In this document: positions 38,468-49,623 of the stretch, one piece after another
Position numbering within the stretch: position 1 is the stretch's first letter
Layout: every line of letters starts with the position of its first letter
Source: Candidatus Poribacteria bacterium
GTDB lineage: Bacteria > Poribacteria > WGA-4E > WGA-3G
Assembly: GCA_965215265.1 (NCBI GenBank)
Contig: OZ244048.1
Coordinates: forward strand, 1,760,001 to 1,824,000
Direction: 5' to 3'
Length of the DNA: 64,000 nt
Position numbers and translations under genes: made by a program
The notes under the pieces: model-generated
Told to the model about the DNA's origin: nothing
Seen by the model: only the letters and a program-made list of their open reading frames with translations
Database searches by the model: none

Positions 38468-38654
38468 GTTATTCTCCTCTTAACTGTGGGAACGATGTCT
38501 GCATCGAGACTTCTCCCCAACGGAAGGTTTCCATCCGCGCATCCCGCATTGATTGCACTTGCAGGAGGCATGAAGCGTCTACGTGAGTGCCCCTTCGAGA
38601 CTCCCCGTGGCTATCAAGAAAGATATCTCGCCGGAGAGGTTAAATCCTAACGGA

Positions 38655-38683
38655 ATTGTATCGGATATGCAATGAGATGTCAA
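38655..38683 (-). promoter_or_regulatory. Promoter of the Gfo/Idh/MocA gene
   Basis: TTGACA-17-TACAAT. Confidence 0.6.
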
Positions 38684-39007
38684 TGTTTTTTCTGAAAATC
38701 CAATAAAAGAGAGAGACGGTTCGTAAGAGGGCGATTTACACCCTAAATCTATCTATCAGACCATACCCACTTTTTTTCCTACTTGACACGTGACGCTTTC
38801 TGTCGTTCACAGACACTAAACCCGAACTCCCATCTGTAGGGGCAAGGCCGCCTCGTCCGCCGTAGTTTGAAAAAATATTCATTTTTTGTGGGGGATCTTT
38901 GTTAAAATGAGCGTCTATATAATAAATCGCAAACCATCATTCCGCAATTCCGCCCGAATTGCATTTACGGGTTTCTTTTTCAAAAAGAGAAAGGTGAGGA
39001 TAGCAGC

Positions 39008-39490
39008 ATGAATGACGCTGAGATGATTCGGCGATTGATAGCAACCGCGGGCCATGACGCAGCAGCCGGTCGTCGCATTTTTGAAAAGTATTCTGGTGCC
39101 GTTTATCGGACAGTACATAACGTTTTGCAGGATCATTGGGATGCCGAGGACGTTGTCAGTGAAACGTTCCAGCAAGCCTTGCGCAAACTGGATACACTCA
39201 AGGACCCGACGGCGTTGCAGACGTGGATGTGTCGCATCGGCTATCGGTACGCCGTGTCCAGAAAAAGACGCAGTGCGTTAACTGTTGAATCGCTTGACGA
39301 AATATCTCATGAGGGACTGGTGTTGCCTGCGGAGATGGCGGCACTGTGGGCAGACGAGACTGACGGGATTCGAAGATAAAACAGGAGCGTCTTGAGCTGC
39401 TCATCCGCTTGATTCGCTCACTACCCCCGAGAGATAGTCAGGTGATGGAGCTCTACTATTTTGAGGGGCTCAAACAGGCAGAGATTGCGG
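39008..39490 (+). pseudogene. ECF sigma-70 factor, frameshifted and truncated
   Basis: Region 2 DAEDVVSETF...TWMCRI; region 4 LPPRDSQVMELYYFEGLKQAEIA is in another frame and the HTH end is missing. Confidence 0.8.
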
Positions 39491-39727
39491 TATTTAGATT
39501 CAATACATCCCGTGTCATCAGATCTGCGGGCTCCCACAATCGCTTTGCGGCAATCCTATATAGCCCCACTACAGACGCGACTTGTTATCGGCTAGACACC
39601 ACAACTATTATTTATAAAACGCCTACATGGTAATGTAGGAATAATCCAAAAATCGCAATTCCGACACTTGACTTAAAATCTGCTTTTCGGTAAAATAACC
39701 ACAGAATTAAAAAAAGGGGAACTGAAC

Positions 39728-40528
39728 GTGCGATACAGTGATATTATGACACGACGTTTTGGCACCGTGATAGCAATTTTGATTTGCCTACTCCTCGGGG
39801 GCGGAAATGCCCCAGCAGCAGTGGATGAAAACACCGTCGCCGTCTGGCTCTTTGAGGAAGGCGCTGGGAAGACGGTGAAAGATGCTTCCGGCAACGGGCA
39901 CGATGGGGAATTTGAAGGGAGCCTAAAATGGGTCAAAGGGAAATTTGGAACTGGGTTAGAATTTCCCGGTGATGACAGCGGCTATGTTGTCGTGCAATCC
40001 AGCAAAGCCCTGGAATTGGAAACGCTCACGATTGAAGCGTGGGTGAAAGTGAAAAAATCAACAGGCAAATGGCAAGGCATTATCTGTAAACAGCAAGCGG
40101 GTTGTACGAATAGAAACTACGGCATCTGGGTGCATATAGACAAAAGCGTTCTGCACGCGGAAATCGGCGCGAATGCAGCGTGCGGGTTTAGTATTGATGG
40201 CACAACCCTTATTACTGATGACAAATGGCATCACCTCGCCTTCACGTACGATGGTAAGATGGGGAGGACGTATGTCGACGGGGAATTGGAAACGGAAGCA
40301 CCTAACAATGCCACGTTTCAAAGCGGAGACCCGATTACGATTGGCGTGCCGAATCTGAACAACGCCAACGGGTTGATGGGAATTATAGAGGAGGCACGTA
40401 TTTCCAACGTCGCCCGCACCGAAGAAGAGATTCAGGTGGCGATGGATATCGGCTTAGCAGCGGTGCTCAGTGTAGACCCGGGCGGTAAATTGGCGGCGCG
40501 CTGGGGATACCTTAAGAGTATTCGGTAG
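39728..40528 (+). CDS. Secreted LamG-like jellyroll domain protein
   Basis: WLFEEG.G..VKDASGNG, TIEAWV and WHHLAFTYDG...YVDG motifs; C-terminal SVDPGGKLAARWGYLK. Confidence 0.9.
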   Translation: MRYSDIMTRRFGTVIAILICLLLGGGNAPAAVDENTVAVWLFEEGAGKTVKDASGNGHDGEFEGSLKWVKGKFGTGLEFPGDDSGYVVVQSSKALELETLTIEAWVKVKKSTGKWQGIICKQQAGCTNRNYGIWVHIDKSVLHAEIGANAACGFSIDGTTLITDDKWHHLAFTYDGKMGRTYVDGELETEAPNNATFQSGDPITIGVPNLNNANGLMGIIEEARISNVARTEEEIQVAMDIGLAAVLSVDPGGKLAARWGYLKSIR

Positions 40529-40594
40529 ATTTGAAAGCAGCTGAAATAGGGGCGAGGGGCCTCACCTACTCATTGTAAATAAGGAGAAACAGAT

Positions 40595-41818
40595 TTGAAA
40601 AAAATAGTTTATGTATATTTATTGCTTTTTTGCATGACTACAACGGTATTCGGTCAAGGGCTTCCGAATGCTGTTCCACAGGAAGTCGGACTTTCCGCTG
40701 AACGGTTGCAACGCATCGCCCCTGTCATGCAACGCTACGTTGATAAAGGACAAGTGTCCGGGTTTTTGACAGCCGTGGCAAGGCAGGGAAAACTGGTTCA
40801 TTTTGAAACTGTCGGGATGCGGGATGTAGAGAATAGCAAGCCGGTTGAACCGGATACGATTTTCCGTATCTACTCCATGTCAAAACCAATTACCAGTGTT
40901 GCTGTGATGATGCTCTATGAAGAGGGGCATTTTCAGTTGGGCACACCCGTCTCTAAATTCATTCCTGAGTTTAAGAACATGAAAGTTTACAACGAAGATC
41001 AGACTGAAACTCGGGATGCGAAAAAACCGATAACCGTAAAGCATCTGCTGACACATACCGCGGGGCTTACTTATGGCTGGGGCAAAAGGCCGGTTGATAA
41101 ACTCTACAGTAAGGCGAAAATTTTTGAGCAGGGGAGTACGTTAGCTGATGTAGTCGCAAAATTGAGTGAGATCCCGCTTGTCCACGAACCAGGGGCGGAA
41201 TGGACTTATGGCGTTTCTGTTGACGTGCTTGGGTATTTCGTGGAGGTGGTTTCGGGGATGCCGTTTGAGGAATTTTTGCAGACGCGGCTCTTTGAACCAC
41301 TCGGCATGGTAGACACCGCGTTTTCAGTGCCAATGGAGAAACTTGACAGATTCGCGGCATTGTATACGTATACAAAAACTGATGGACCAAAACTTGTGAA
41401 GAATCCGCCGCTCGAAAATGGCAAACTTAGCTTCTTTCCAGCTGGCGGAAGTGGACTCGTGTCAACAGCATCGGATTATCTGCGGTTTTGCCAAATGTTA
41501 CTGAACGGCGGCGAATTAGACGGGGTGCGCATCTTAGGGCGCAAAACGGTTGAACTGATGCGTCAGCCGCATCATCCATGGGGAAAAGGGGCAGAAAATG
41601 GCGGCTTTGGGCTCGGCTTCGCGGTTGTTAAAGATGTAAGCCAGGCAGATATTCTGGAATCCGTCGGCAATTTCAGTTGGAGCGGTGCTGCCGCAACAAC
41701 TTTCTGGATCGATCCGCAAGAAGAATTGATCTGCGTGCTAATGACGCAGCTCCGCAATAACCCTTACCCTTTCCACAATCAATTCAAAGTGTTAGCGTAT
41801 CAAGCAATTATTGATTAA
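40595..41818 (+). CDS. Serine hydrolase (beta-lactamase class C family), secreted
   Basis: SMSK, LLTHTAG and W.YG.S.DVLG motifs; signal peptide. Confidence 0.92.
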   Translation: MKKIVYVYLLLFCMTTTVFGQGLPNAVPQEVGLSAERLQRIAPVMQRYVDKGQVSGFLTAVARQGKLVHFETVGMRDVENSKPVEPDTIFRIYSMSKPITSVAVMMLYEEGHFQLGTPVSKFIPEFKNMKVYNEDQTETRDAKKPITVKHLLTHTAGLTYGWGKRPVDKLYSKAKIFEQGSTLADVVAKLSEIPLVHEPGAEWTYGVSVDVLGYFVEVVSGMPFEEFLQTRLFEPLGMVDTAFSVPMEKLDRFAALYTYTKTDGPKLVKNPPLENGKLSFFPAGGSGLVSTASDYLRFCQMLLNGGELDGVRILGRKTVELMRQPHHPWGKGAENGGFGLGFAVVKDVSQADILESVGNFSWSGAAATTFWIDPQEELICVLMTQLRNNPYPFHNQFKVLAYQAIID

Positions 41819-41874
41819 AAGCAGAAGCAGGTGCGGCGAACCTGTCTCAATAACAAGAACAAAAGGAGGAATAG

Positions 41875-43047
41875 ATGAAATACTCTCTTCCGTGTGCAGT
41901 CCCCGAAGAGGTCGGAATGTCCGCATCGCGGTTAGAACGCATCGCGCCCGTGATGCAGGGCTACGTCGATGCAGGGAAAATTCCGGGCGCGTTGACTATG
42001 ATTGCCCGTGAGGGCAGACTCGTCCACTTTGAAAAATTCGGCATGCAGGATGTTGCGGAGGCGAAACCGATCGAATTTGATACCATCTTCCGTATTTATT
42101 CCATGACGAAACCGATTACTAGCGTCGCTGTGATGATGCTCTATGAAGAGGGGCATTTTCAACTTAATACACCTATCTCAGAATTTATCCCTGCTTTCAA
42201 GGACATGAAAGTCTATAGTCAGGACTACAGCGACATTATAGATGCAGAACGTGAGATGACGATAAAACATCTGCTGACGCATACGTCCGGGCTCATCTAT
42301 GGCGGTGATGGGAGTAGGCCCATTGATGTAGAGTATGAGAAAGCAAACTTCTACGCCGGAACGTTAGCAGAGATGGCACGCAAATTAGGGGAGATTCCGC
42401 TCTTTCACCAGCCGGGCGCGGCTTGGAATTACGGGATGTCCACGGATGTCTTGGGCTACCTCGTGGAAGTGGTGTCTGGTATACCGTTTGAGGAATTTTT
42501 GAAGACCCGGATTTTTGAACCGTTGGGCATGATGGATACGGCATTTTCTGTACCGGACGCAAAAGCGGACCGGTATGCGACTTTGTATGAACCAGCAGAC
42601 GATGCTGGAATTCAAGTCATTGAGAACGCGCCCGTTTCAACCGGTCCACGCAACTTTCCGCCTTCTGGTGGGGCGGGGCTCCAGTCAACTGCCGCTGATT
42701 ACCTCCGCTTCTGCCAGATGCTGCTCAATGACGGTGAACTTGAGGGTGAACGGCTCCTCGGTCGGAAAACGGTTGAACTGATTCGGTTGAATCATATTGA
42801 AGATACCTGGCAACCGCTTGAGAGAGAAGGGTGCGGATTCGGGCTCGGATTCGCTGTTGTCACAGATGTCGCAGGAACACAAAGCCTTGGTTCCCCAGGA
42901 AGCTACGCTTGGGGTGGTTTGGCGAGTACGACATTCTGGATCGACCCGGTAGAGGAATTGGTAGCAATTTTAATGACACAGCTAATAGGAGATTCGCCTT
43001 TCCACGCACAATTCCGGGTGTTAACCTATCAAGCAATTATTGACTAG
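41875..43047 (+). CDS. Serine hydrolase (beta-lactamase class C family), no signal peptide
   Basis: SMTK and LLTHTSG motifs; tandem paralog of the preceding gene. Confidence 0.92.
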   Translation: MKYSLPCAVPEEVGMSASRLERIAPVMQGYVDAGKIPGALTMIAREGRLVHFEKFGMQDVAEAKPIEFDTIFRIYSMTKPITSVAVMMLYEEGHFQLNTPISEFIPAFKDMKVYSQDYSDIIDAEREMTIKHLLTHTSGLIYGGDGSRPIDVEYEKANFYAGTLAEMARKLGEIPLFHQPGAAWNYGMSTDVLGYLVEVVSGIPFEEFLKTRIFEPLGMMDTAFSVPDAKADRYATLYEPADDAGIQVIENAPVSTGPRNFPPSGGAGLQSTAADYLRFCQMLLNDGELEGERLLGRKTVELIRLNHIEDTWQPLEREGCGFGLGFAVVTDVAGTQSLGSPGSYAWGGLASTTFWIDPVEELVAILMTQLIGDSPFHAQFRVLTYQAIID

Positions 43048-43057
43048 GAGATGAGTG

Positions 43058-43978
43058 ATGGACCTCGTTCAGCTTGAAAAAGTCCGAAAACAGTTCGGTG
43101 ATTTCACAGCGGTTTCGGATGTTTCCTTCAACATCGAAAAGGGGAGCATCTACGGCTTGCTCGGTCCCAACGGTGCAGGCAAAACCACAACACTCCGGAT
43201 GATAATGGGCATCATCGCACCGGATACTGGCAGCATTACCTTTCGCCAGAATCAGCGGATTCAGGATTTCAGCGAGTGCATCGGCTACCTGCCGGAAGAA
43301 CGCGGACTGTATCGGAAGATGAAAGTCCGAGATGTCATCGTTTTCATGGCAGCGTTGAAAGGGGTTCGCAAGCCGGAGGCACTGCGCGAGGGAGACCGGT
43401 GGCTGGAGAAGCTGCAGATGTCCGACTGGCGAGATAAGCGGATTGAGGAACTCTCAAAGGGCATGACACAGAAGATTCAGTTCATCACAACCGTGTTGCA
43501 TCAGCCCGAATTGATTATTCTTGATGAACCCTTCTCCGGGCTGGACCCGATTAACATGACATTACTCAAAGATTTGATACTTGAACTCCGCGACAACGGG
43601 GCGACGATTATCTTCTCAACCCATGTGATGGAACAAGTTGAAAAGTTGTGCGAATGCATCTGTCTTATCCATCAAGGCAAAGTCTTGCTCGAAGGAGAAC
43701 TCCGCGAGATTAAGCAGACATTCGGCAAAAACTCCGTCGAGATTGATTACGTCGATAGCCTTGAACCGATACGCAATTCTCCCTGGATTGAGAACTATAA
43801 CGATTTTGGGCAATCTGCCGAGGTGAAGCTGAAAACTCCGGAGAGTTATCGGCCCTTTCTCCGCGAGATGGTTGAGGCAGGTGTTGATGTGACGCGGTTT
43901 GAGTTGGTAGAGCCGACGCTTCATGAGATTTTTGTGCAGTGTGTCGGAATCGAAAGCGAGACGGAAAATGTGGCATAA
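43058..43978 (+). CDS. ABC-2 transporter ATP-binding protein
   Basis: GPNGAGKTT, LSKGM and LDEPFSGLDP motifs. Confidence 0.94.
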   Translation: MDLVQLEKVRKQFGDFTAVSDVSFNIEKGSIYGLLGPNGAGKTTTLRMIMGIIAPDTGSITFRQNQRIQDFSECIGYLPEERGLYRKMKVRDVIVFMAALKGVRKPEALREGDRWLEKLQMSDWRDKRIEELSKGMTQKIQFITTVLHQPELIILDEPFSGLDPINMTLLKDLILELRDNGATIIFSTHVMEQVEKLCECICLIHQGKVLLEGELREIKQTFGKNSVEIDYVDSLEPIRNSPWIENYNDFGQSAEVKLKTPESYRPFLREMVEAGVDVTRFELVEPTLHEIFVQCVGIESETENVA

Positions 43979-45299
43979 AGTCACCGCGGTGATCAAACGT
44001 GAATATACGACGCGAGTCAAGGCGAAGGCTTTCATCGCTTCAGTGTTCCTGATGCCGCTTTTCATGTGCGCGATGGTGCTTTTGCCAAGTTTTCTATTGA
44101 AAACGGGTCAAAAAACAACAGGCATAAGAACGCTCGTGGTGATAGATGAAACAGGCGAAATTTTTGAGAAACTGAGCGAACGTGCTGCAGTGCATCCTAC
44201 TTTTCAGCACAAGGGCAAGATGATTTATCAGTTCCTCGAACGGAACCCACAAGCAGATGATGTTACCACCACAGCACTCCACCAAGAAATTAGAGCCAAT
44301 AAAATCTATGCCGCTGTTGAAATTCCAAAAGATGTTTTTGAGAACGGAAACGTGGACTACTATGCACGTTCAACGCTCAATTTTGAGTTCCAAGGGGCTC
44401 TGAGCCGGATGATCACTGATATTGTCGTCAGCAAGCGATTCGCAGAAAGTCAATATTCGCAGAAAGAAATCAGACGATTAATGCGCGATGTAAAACTCAA
44501 TACCTACGCGCTTACCAGTACCAACAAGAAAGGCAAAAGGAAGGTTGAGCGGAGCGTAGAAACGGGCATACGTCTCGGTTTGGGGTATATCCTCGTTTTC
44601 ACGCTCTACATGTTTACTGCCCTTTATGCAAATGCTGTGATGCGAAGTGTTTTGGAAGAAAAAACAACGCGCATCACCGAAGTGATTGTCTCCTCCATCA
44701 AGCCGGCGCAGCTCCTATTTGGTAAACTCATCGGCGTCTGCTCTGTCTGTTTAACACTATTTGCGATTTGGGTGATATTCGGCGTGGCACTAGTCAGTAA
44801 CATAAAACCGCTGCTTGGCATTTTTGGTATCAGTGTGCCTCCCGCGCTAGTCGGCCAAGTGATTGCAACGCTCAAAGCAAGTAGCACACCGGTGCTTGCC
44901 TACTTTTTCATTTATTTCATCGGCGGCTTCTTCTTGTATTCAACACTTTACGCAGCTGTCGGTGCAATGTGCAATAGCGACGAAGAGGCGCAACAGTTGG
45001 GCGGTTCTATCATAATGTTCCTTGTTCTTCCATTGGTATTAATGTTCCAATTATTCAGAATACCTGATGCCCCCGTTACGATAGTACTTTCACACATTCC
45101 CTTTTTCTCACCGATTCTGATGTTCATGCGAATCAACGTGCTGATGCCACCGTGGTGGGAGATTCTGCTGAATCTTGGGGTGATGGTTGGCACGCTCTTC
45201 CTTGTCACCGGTATCAGCGGGAAAATTTATCAGGTAGGTATTTTAATGTATGGAAAGCGGCCGACATTCAAAGAATTGTGGCGGTGGCTGAGATATTGA
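43968..45299 (+). CDS. ABC-2 transporter permease (NatB/YhaP-like)
   Basis: KREY..RVK, EEKTTRITEVIVSS...GKLIG and IPFFSP motifs. Confidence 0.92.
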   Translation: MWHKVTAVIKREYTTRVKAKAFIASVFLMPLFMCAMVLLPSFLLKTGQKTTGIRTLVVIDETGEIFEKLSERAAVHPTFQHKGKMIYQFLERNPQADDVTTTALHQEIRANKIYAAVEIPKDVFENGNVDYYARSTLNFEFQGALSRMITDIVVSKRFAESQYSQKEIRRLMRDVKLNTYALTSTNKKGKRKVERSVETGIRLGLGYILVFTLYMFTALYANAVMRSVLEEKTTRITEVIVSSIKPAQLLFGKLIGVCSVCLTLFAIWVIFGVALVSNIKPLLGIFGISVPPALVGQVIATLKASSTPVLAYFFIYFIGGFFLYSTLYAAVGAMCNSDEEAQQLGGSIIMFLVLPLVLMFQLFRIPDAPVTIVLSHIPFFSPILMFMRINVLMPPWWEILLNLGVMVGTLFLVTGISGKIYQVGILMYGKRPTFKELWRWLRY

Positions 45300-45418
45300 G
45301 TGAGACCGAAACAGTCGTGATGCTACATTCCACACGCTGGCACTGAATCTGAGTCGTGCGAAGGATTTTAATTTGTAGACAGGAGCCCAATGCCAGTTGC
45401 TGCTATATTAAATCCCCT

Positions 45419-45540
45419 ACAAATCTCGTCGGAGCCTTCTGATGCTTTGACTTCAAAAGACTATGCCTAAGTAGGCTCTGGCGAGATTTACACACGAGTT
45501 ATTATTACATAAGCGTTGATCGTACGGAGATATACAAAAA
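45419..45540. repeat. ~70-bp MITE-like element with inverted ends plus the GTACGGAGATATACAAAAA module
   Basis: AAATCTCGTCGGAGCC...GGCTCTGGCGAGATTT; similar copies at about 53228-53298, 56362-56423 and 60885-61005. Confidence 0.85.
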
Positions 45541-45541
45541 G

Positions 45542-46153
45542 ATGAATATCGCAGTTGTTACAGGAGAACACGGTTTTCAGAAAAAAGAATTTGATGCAGT
45601 CTTCCAGAGTATGGACGGCATCCAATTTGTACGTGAAGACTTGGATGTCTTTGTCGATGACCTAAGGCAGGCTGAGTACGATACCGTTGTCTTTTATAAC
45701 TTTCATCGTCCTTATCCGACAGAGGCACAAGCCGAGGCGATTCTCGGTTTAACAGAACGTGGGCAGGGTTTGGCCATCCTGCATCATGCTATCCTCGCGT
45801 TTCCCGAGTGGGATGCATACTCAGAAATCTGTGGAATTCTTGATAGAGATTTCGGGTATCATCCGCGGCAGATGCTCCAAGTGCAGATTGCCGATACAAC
45901 GCATCCGATTACAACTGGGATGACACCATGGGAGATGGGAGACGAGACGTATACCATGGAATCTGCCGAGGAGGGAAGCCAACTGCTTTTGACCGTTGAG
46001 CATCCGAAGAGCATGAACGTTCTGGGATGGGCACGTGAATACGGAAATTCTCGGATTTTCTGTCTACAGAGCGGCCACGACAACGTCACCTTTTCTAACC
46101 CCAACTTCCGAGAGGTCCTTAAGCGAGGCATTCAGTGGGCTGCAAAGCGTTAA
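45542..46153 (+). CDS. ThuA-like domain protein
   Basis: G.GL..LHHA, HPI..G, DE.Y, W.REYG..R.F....GHD and RGIQWAA motifs. Confidence 0.88.
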   Translation: MNIAVVTGEHGFQKKEFDAVFQSMDGIQFVREDLDVFVDDLRQAEYDTVVFYNFHRPYPTEAQAEAILGLTERGQGLAILHHAILAFPEWDAYSEICGILDRDFGYHPRQMLQVQIADTTHPITTGMTPWEMGDETYTMESAEEGSQLLLTVEHPKSMNVLGWAREYGNSRIFCLQSGHDNVTFSNPNFREVLKRGIQWAAKR

Positions 46154-46366
46154 CACTTGGAGATGCAGTGCCTTATCTCCAGCTTAGATTCATAGCATAG
46201 AAGGTTTTGGGTGGGCGGGCGACGAGATTTATCTATAGATTGGCAGGTAAAAGGTAGCACTAACGTGTCCTGAAGGACACGTATAGACTACCTATCCTGC
46301 TAACACAGTCATTGACACAACATCAGGCGTTATAGGGCTTAAATATACAAAAAAACGGAGAAAACG

Positions 46367-47365
46367 ATGGAGCCGACAATGTATTCAGTAAAGAACAGGA
46401 CGGTTGATGGGTTTCAAGTTTATGCGATACAAAACGGTGAAAACGCTGTCGCTGAAATCGTACCGGCGCTTGGAAATAATTGCTATGTATTCAAGGTAAA
46501 GGCTGGCGACGAGTGGCTTGATATTATAGATGCGCCACCGCATCTCGCCACGTTGCAAGCGAGACCGACGGCTTACGGTAATCCGATCCTTTTTCCGTTC
46601 CCGAACCGGATCCGAGAGGGTAGATGGACTTTTGAAGGGAAAACCTATCAGTTTGATAAATCGCGCGATGCACCGACGACAATTCACGGTTTGCTACTGA
46701 ATCGGCCATATCGCATTGAACACCACGGGGCCGATGAAAATGGCGCGACACTCGTGTGTTCGCTCAATTCACTCGATTTTCCTGATATCGGCCGGCAGTA
46801 TCCGTTCCCGTTTGAGATTAAGATTGTGTATACCCTCAAAGACTCTATTTTGACAATGACGGTTGCCATTAAAAATACCGGAGATCGGAACATGCCTGTC
46901 GGATTCGGAATTCATCCGTATTTTCGGGTGAGGCTCACCCCTGCTGCCTCCGCCGCAGAGGCGATGATCACTGTTCCGGCGGCGAAATATTGGGAACTTG
47001 ATGACGTGCTGGTCCCGACCGGGAAACAGCACGTTGTGACAGACACACTTGACCTTCGGCACGGGCAGCCCTTCTCAAAACTGAAACTCGATCATGTCTT
47101 TACAGACGTTCAACTCACGGCGGGTGTGAGCCGGTGTACAATCGAGAATTTGGATACCGGGCACGGCATGCTCATGGAATCAGATGCGCCCTTCAGAGAA
47201 CTTGTTGTGTATACGCCACCGGGCAGAGACGCTATCTGTTTTGAGCCTTATACGTGTCCAACGGATGCCATCAACTTAGAGGCGAGAGGCATACCTGCCG
47301 GCGTTATTGTGCTGCCGCCGGGTGAAACCTTTACCGGCACTGTTCGCATGATGCCAGCGAGGTAG
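46367..47365 (+). CDS. Aldose 1-epimerase family protein
   Basis: LFPFPNRI, IHGL, GFGIHPYF and ICFEP motifs. Confidence 0.92.
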   Translation: MEPTMYSVKNRTVDGFQVYAIQNGENAVAEIVPALGNNCYVFKVKAGDEWLDIIDAPPHLATLQARPTAYGNPILFPFPNRIREGRWTFEGKTYQFDKSRDAPTTIHGLLLNRPYRIEHHGADENGATLVCSLNSLDFPDIGRQYPFPFEIKIVYTLKDSILTMTVAIKNTGDRNMPVGFGIHPYFRVRLTPAASAAEAMITVPAAKYWELDDVLVPTGKQHVVTDTLDLRHGQPFSKLKLDHVFTDVQLTAGVSRCTIENLDTGHGMLMESDAPFRELVVYTPPGRDAICFEPYTCPTDAINLEARGIPAGVIVLPPGETFTGTVRMMPAR

Positions 47366-47423
47366 GTAAACGAGAGGACCGTGCCCTTACGGCCCTACCC
47401 CGCGGCTTTCGACAGCCCGTGCC

Positions 47424-47615
47424 ATGTTGTGTAGGCCTTCGTCAAGTTGCCAAAATTGTGAAACAGTTACGAGTTGTTATCCTAGCTGTTGCAGTAGTAC
47501 TTCACCTTGTAATAGTTGTAGTGCACATTGTCAAAATCAAGATAGCGATGAATACATGTGCAATGGTTCTTGCCAACCGACTAAGTGCAAGGTTGCGGTG
47601 GCTTCGATTCCCTGA
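47424..47615 (+). CDS. Cys-rich small peptide (possibly a 5'-truncated remnant)
   Basis: 12 Cys in 63 aa; ends just before the SD of the first WD40 gene. Confidence 0.5.
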   Translation: MLCRPSSSCQNCETVTSCYPSCCSSTSPCNSCSAHCQNQDSDEYMCNGSCQPTKCKVAVASIP

Positions 47616-47637
47616 GAAAAAAAATAGGAGGTCCAAG

Positions 47638-49623
47638 GTGGAAAATACTCCGTTGCAAAAGGTGAGACAAGACATGGGCATCGACAAAGATGTCATGACA
47701 TGGGCTCTGCCAGAAGGTGCAATTGCCCGATTCGGACGAGGTAGAGTCGCGAAGATGGCGTTTGCGCCGAATGGAAACACACTCGCTGTTGGCAGCTGCC
47801 TTGGTGTCTGGCTCTATGATATATCCACCTTGACTCCCTTATGTTTATTTGATACGGAACGCGGCATGGTTTCAGCACTTGCATATTCCCTCAATGGTGT
47901 TTTTATTGCAACCGGTAATTGGGATGGTGACATCAAGATATGGGACGTGCAAAGCAAACGGTGCATTTCCAAAATGAAGCGGAAAGGTCGGTTTGATATG
48001 GCCTCCCACCTCGTTTTTTCACCGGATGGACAACGTCTCGCCTCTTCTGGTGGACGCTACGATGCTGTTTATGTCTGGTGTCCGGAAACCGGGGCACAAA
48101 TTGCGAAATTTGTCGATGAAGCATCCCTGCAACCGCGTCATCGCCCTGGACGCATTCCACTCTCATTTTCGCCTGATGGGAGATTGCTCGCAGGAGCAAC
48201 CCCTAGAAATACTTTTTCTGTTTGGGATCTGGAAACTTGTGAACGTATTGCTTGCGTCACCAGACATACGGATTCTGTCCGTATGCTTCTCTTTTCACCG
48301 TGTGGGCAATTCCTGACTTCCGCGGACCGGGCAGGTGTTTTTCATGAATGGGATGTGAACAAAATTACTGCAAAGGAACCAAGTCCTTGCTTCTCAGTGA
48401 TACCCACTGCCGCGACATCTGTTCAGGCACTCGCTTATTTAACCGACGGCACATTAGTTGCCGCAGGGAAGAATGAAAACACCGTTAGTGTCTGGGATGT
48501 GAAGCATAGAAACACGTTGCGGATTTTAAGAAGCGAATGGTGCCCCAATCCCAATTCGTTCTGCTTTTCATCCAGCGGTTCGCAATTGGCTTTAGTTTGG
48601 AAAGATCAGATTCAAGTGTGGGATATTGGATTCTCCCGAAAGAATACGATTCGTGAACATACGCCAGTGTATGGTGCCGTGACATTTTCACCGGATGGAA
48701 ACACTTTGGCATCAGGGAGTTGGGGCAACGGCATCCGCCTATGGGATGTTGCGCGGTTAGAACCTCAGAAAGCATTTGGAGAGGAATCCGCAATTCGCTC
48801 ACTTGATTTTTCGGCCTGTGGAAATAAACTCGCTTCTGGCTCCTACGATACTGCTGTGAGGATGTGGGACATTAGGAAAGTAGAGACACCCCTTGTTGAG
48901 TTTGCGGCAGATCAGAAATCGATATGGTGCGTCGCGTTTCCTTCAAAAGGTGACACCTTGTTCTGTGCCAATTCAGCAGGCCATCTGTATATGTGGGATA
49001 GGGAACAAAACCGGACTATGTTCCCTATCAGAACAAAGCACATAAAGTCTTTGTCAGTTTCGCCAGATGAAAAAAAGGTGGTGATTGCTTACTTCAACGG
49101 CCCCGCTGAACTCTGGGATGTTGAAAGCAAGCAGTTGATAACAGAGTTATCCTTAGTAAAAGTCAAAAATCGCTCAAAGTATAAAGGCGATACGCACGCA
49201 ATTCAACAATGTCTCCAATGGCAAGAGAAAGATGCAGAAAGCACCCCTATTCAATTGATAGGTCCGATTGTTTTTTCTCCATGTGGTAGCGTCATCGCAG
49301 GAGGGCTATTTAGAGAGATTCGGTTGTGGAATGCGACAACATATCAAATCTATATGGCGATACGTCTGCCTCAGGGATGTCAGAGGCCGGAGGCATTAAC
49401 ATTTTCACCGTGTGGACGCTATCTCGTTTCCGGTGCGTCATGGCAAGGCACTGATAAAGTGTCGATCCGGTTATGGGAGGTTGCCACGGGTGAGAATGTT
49501 ACGACGTTCTGGAGTCACCCGACGGATGTCCAAGACCTAGCGTTTTCGCCGGATAGCACGTTGTTGGCGAGTGGGAGTTTTGATGGCACCATCCTCTTGT
49601 GGGATATGAAGCCTTATCTATAG
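47638..49623 (+). CDS. WD40-repeat (probable double beta-propeller) protein 1
   Basis: AGGAGG SD before GTG 47638; WALPEGAIARFGRG N-terminus; repeated FSPDG/FSPCG...WD; ends LASGSFDGTILLWDMKPYL. Confidence 0.92.
   Translation: MENTPLQKVRQDMGIDKDVMTWALPEGAIARFGRGRVAKMAFAPNGNTLAVGSCLGVWLYDISTLTPLCLFDTERGMVSALAYSLNGVFIATGNWDGDIKIWDVQSKRCISKMKRKGRFDMASHLVFSPDGQRLASSGGRYDAVYVWCPETGAQIAKFVDEASLQPRHRPGRIPLSFSPDGRLLAGATPRNTFSVWDLETCERIACVTRHTDSVRMLLFSPCGQFLTSADRAGVFHEWDVNKITAKEPSPCFSVIPTAATSVQALAYLTDGTLVAAGKNENTVSVWDVKHRNTLRILRSEWCPNPNSFCFSSSGSQLALVWKDQIQVWDIGFSRKNTIREHTPVYGAVTFSPDGNTLASGSWGNGIRLWDVARLEPQKAFGEESAIRSLDFSACGNKLASGSYDTAVRMWDIRKVETPLVEFAADQKSIWCVAFPSKGDTLFCANSAGHLYMWDREQNRTMFPIRTKHIKSLSVSPDEKKVVIAYFNGPAELWDVESKQLITELSLVKVKNRSKYKGDTHAIQQCLQWQEKDAESTPIQLIGPIVFSPCGSVIAGGLFREIRLWNATTYQIYMAIRLPQGCQRPEALTFSPCGRYLVSGASWQGTDKVSIRLWEVATGENVTTFWSHPTDVQDLAFSPDSTLLASGSFDGTILLWDMKPYL

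Noticed and set aside
47419-47637. Long hydrophobic N-terminal extension of WD40-1
   Set aside because: It is an alternative frame of the Cys-rich ORF; a strong AGGAGG precedes GTG 47638 and the paralogs start at the equivalent point.
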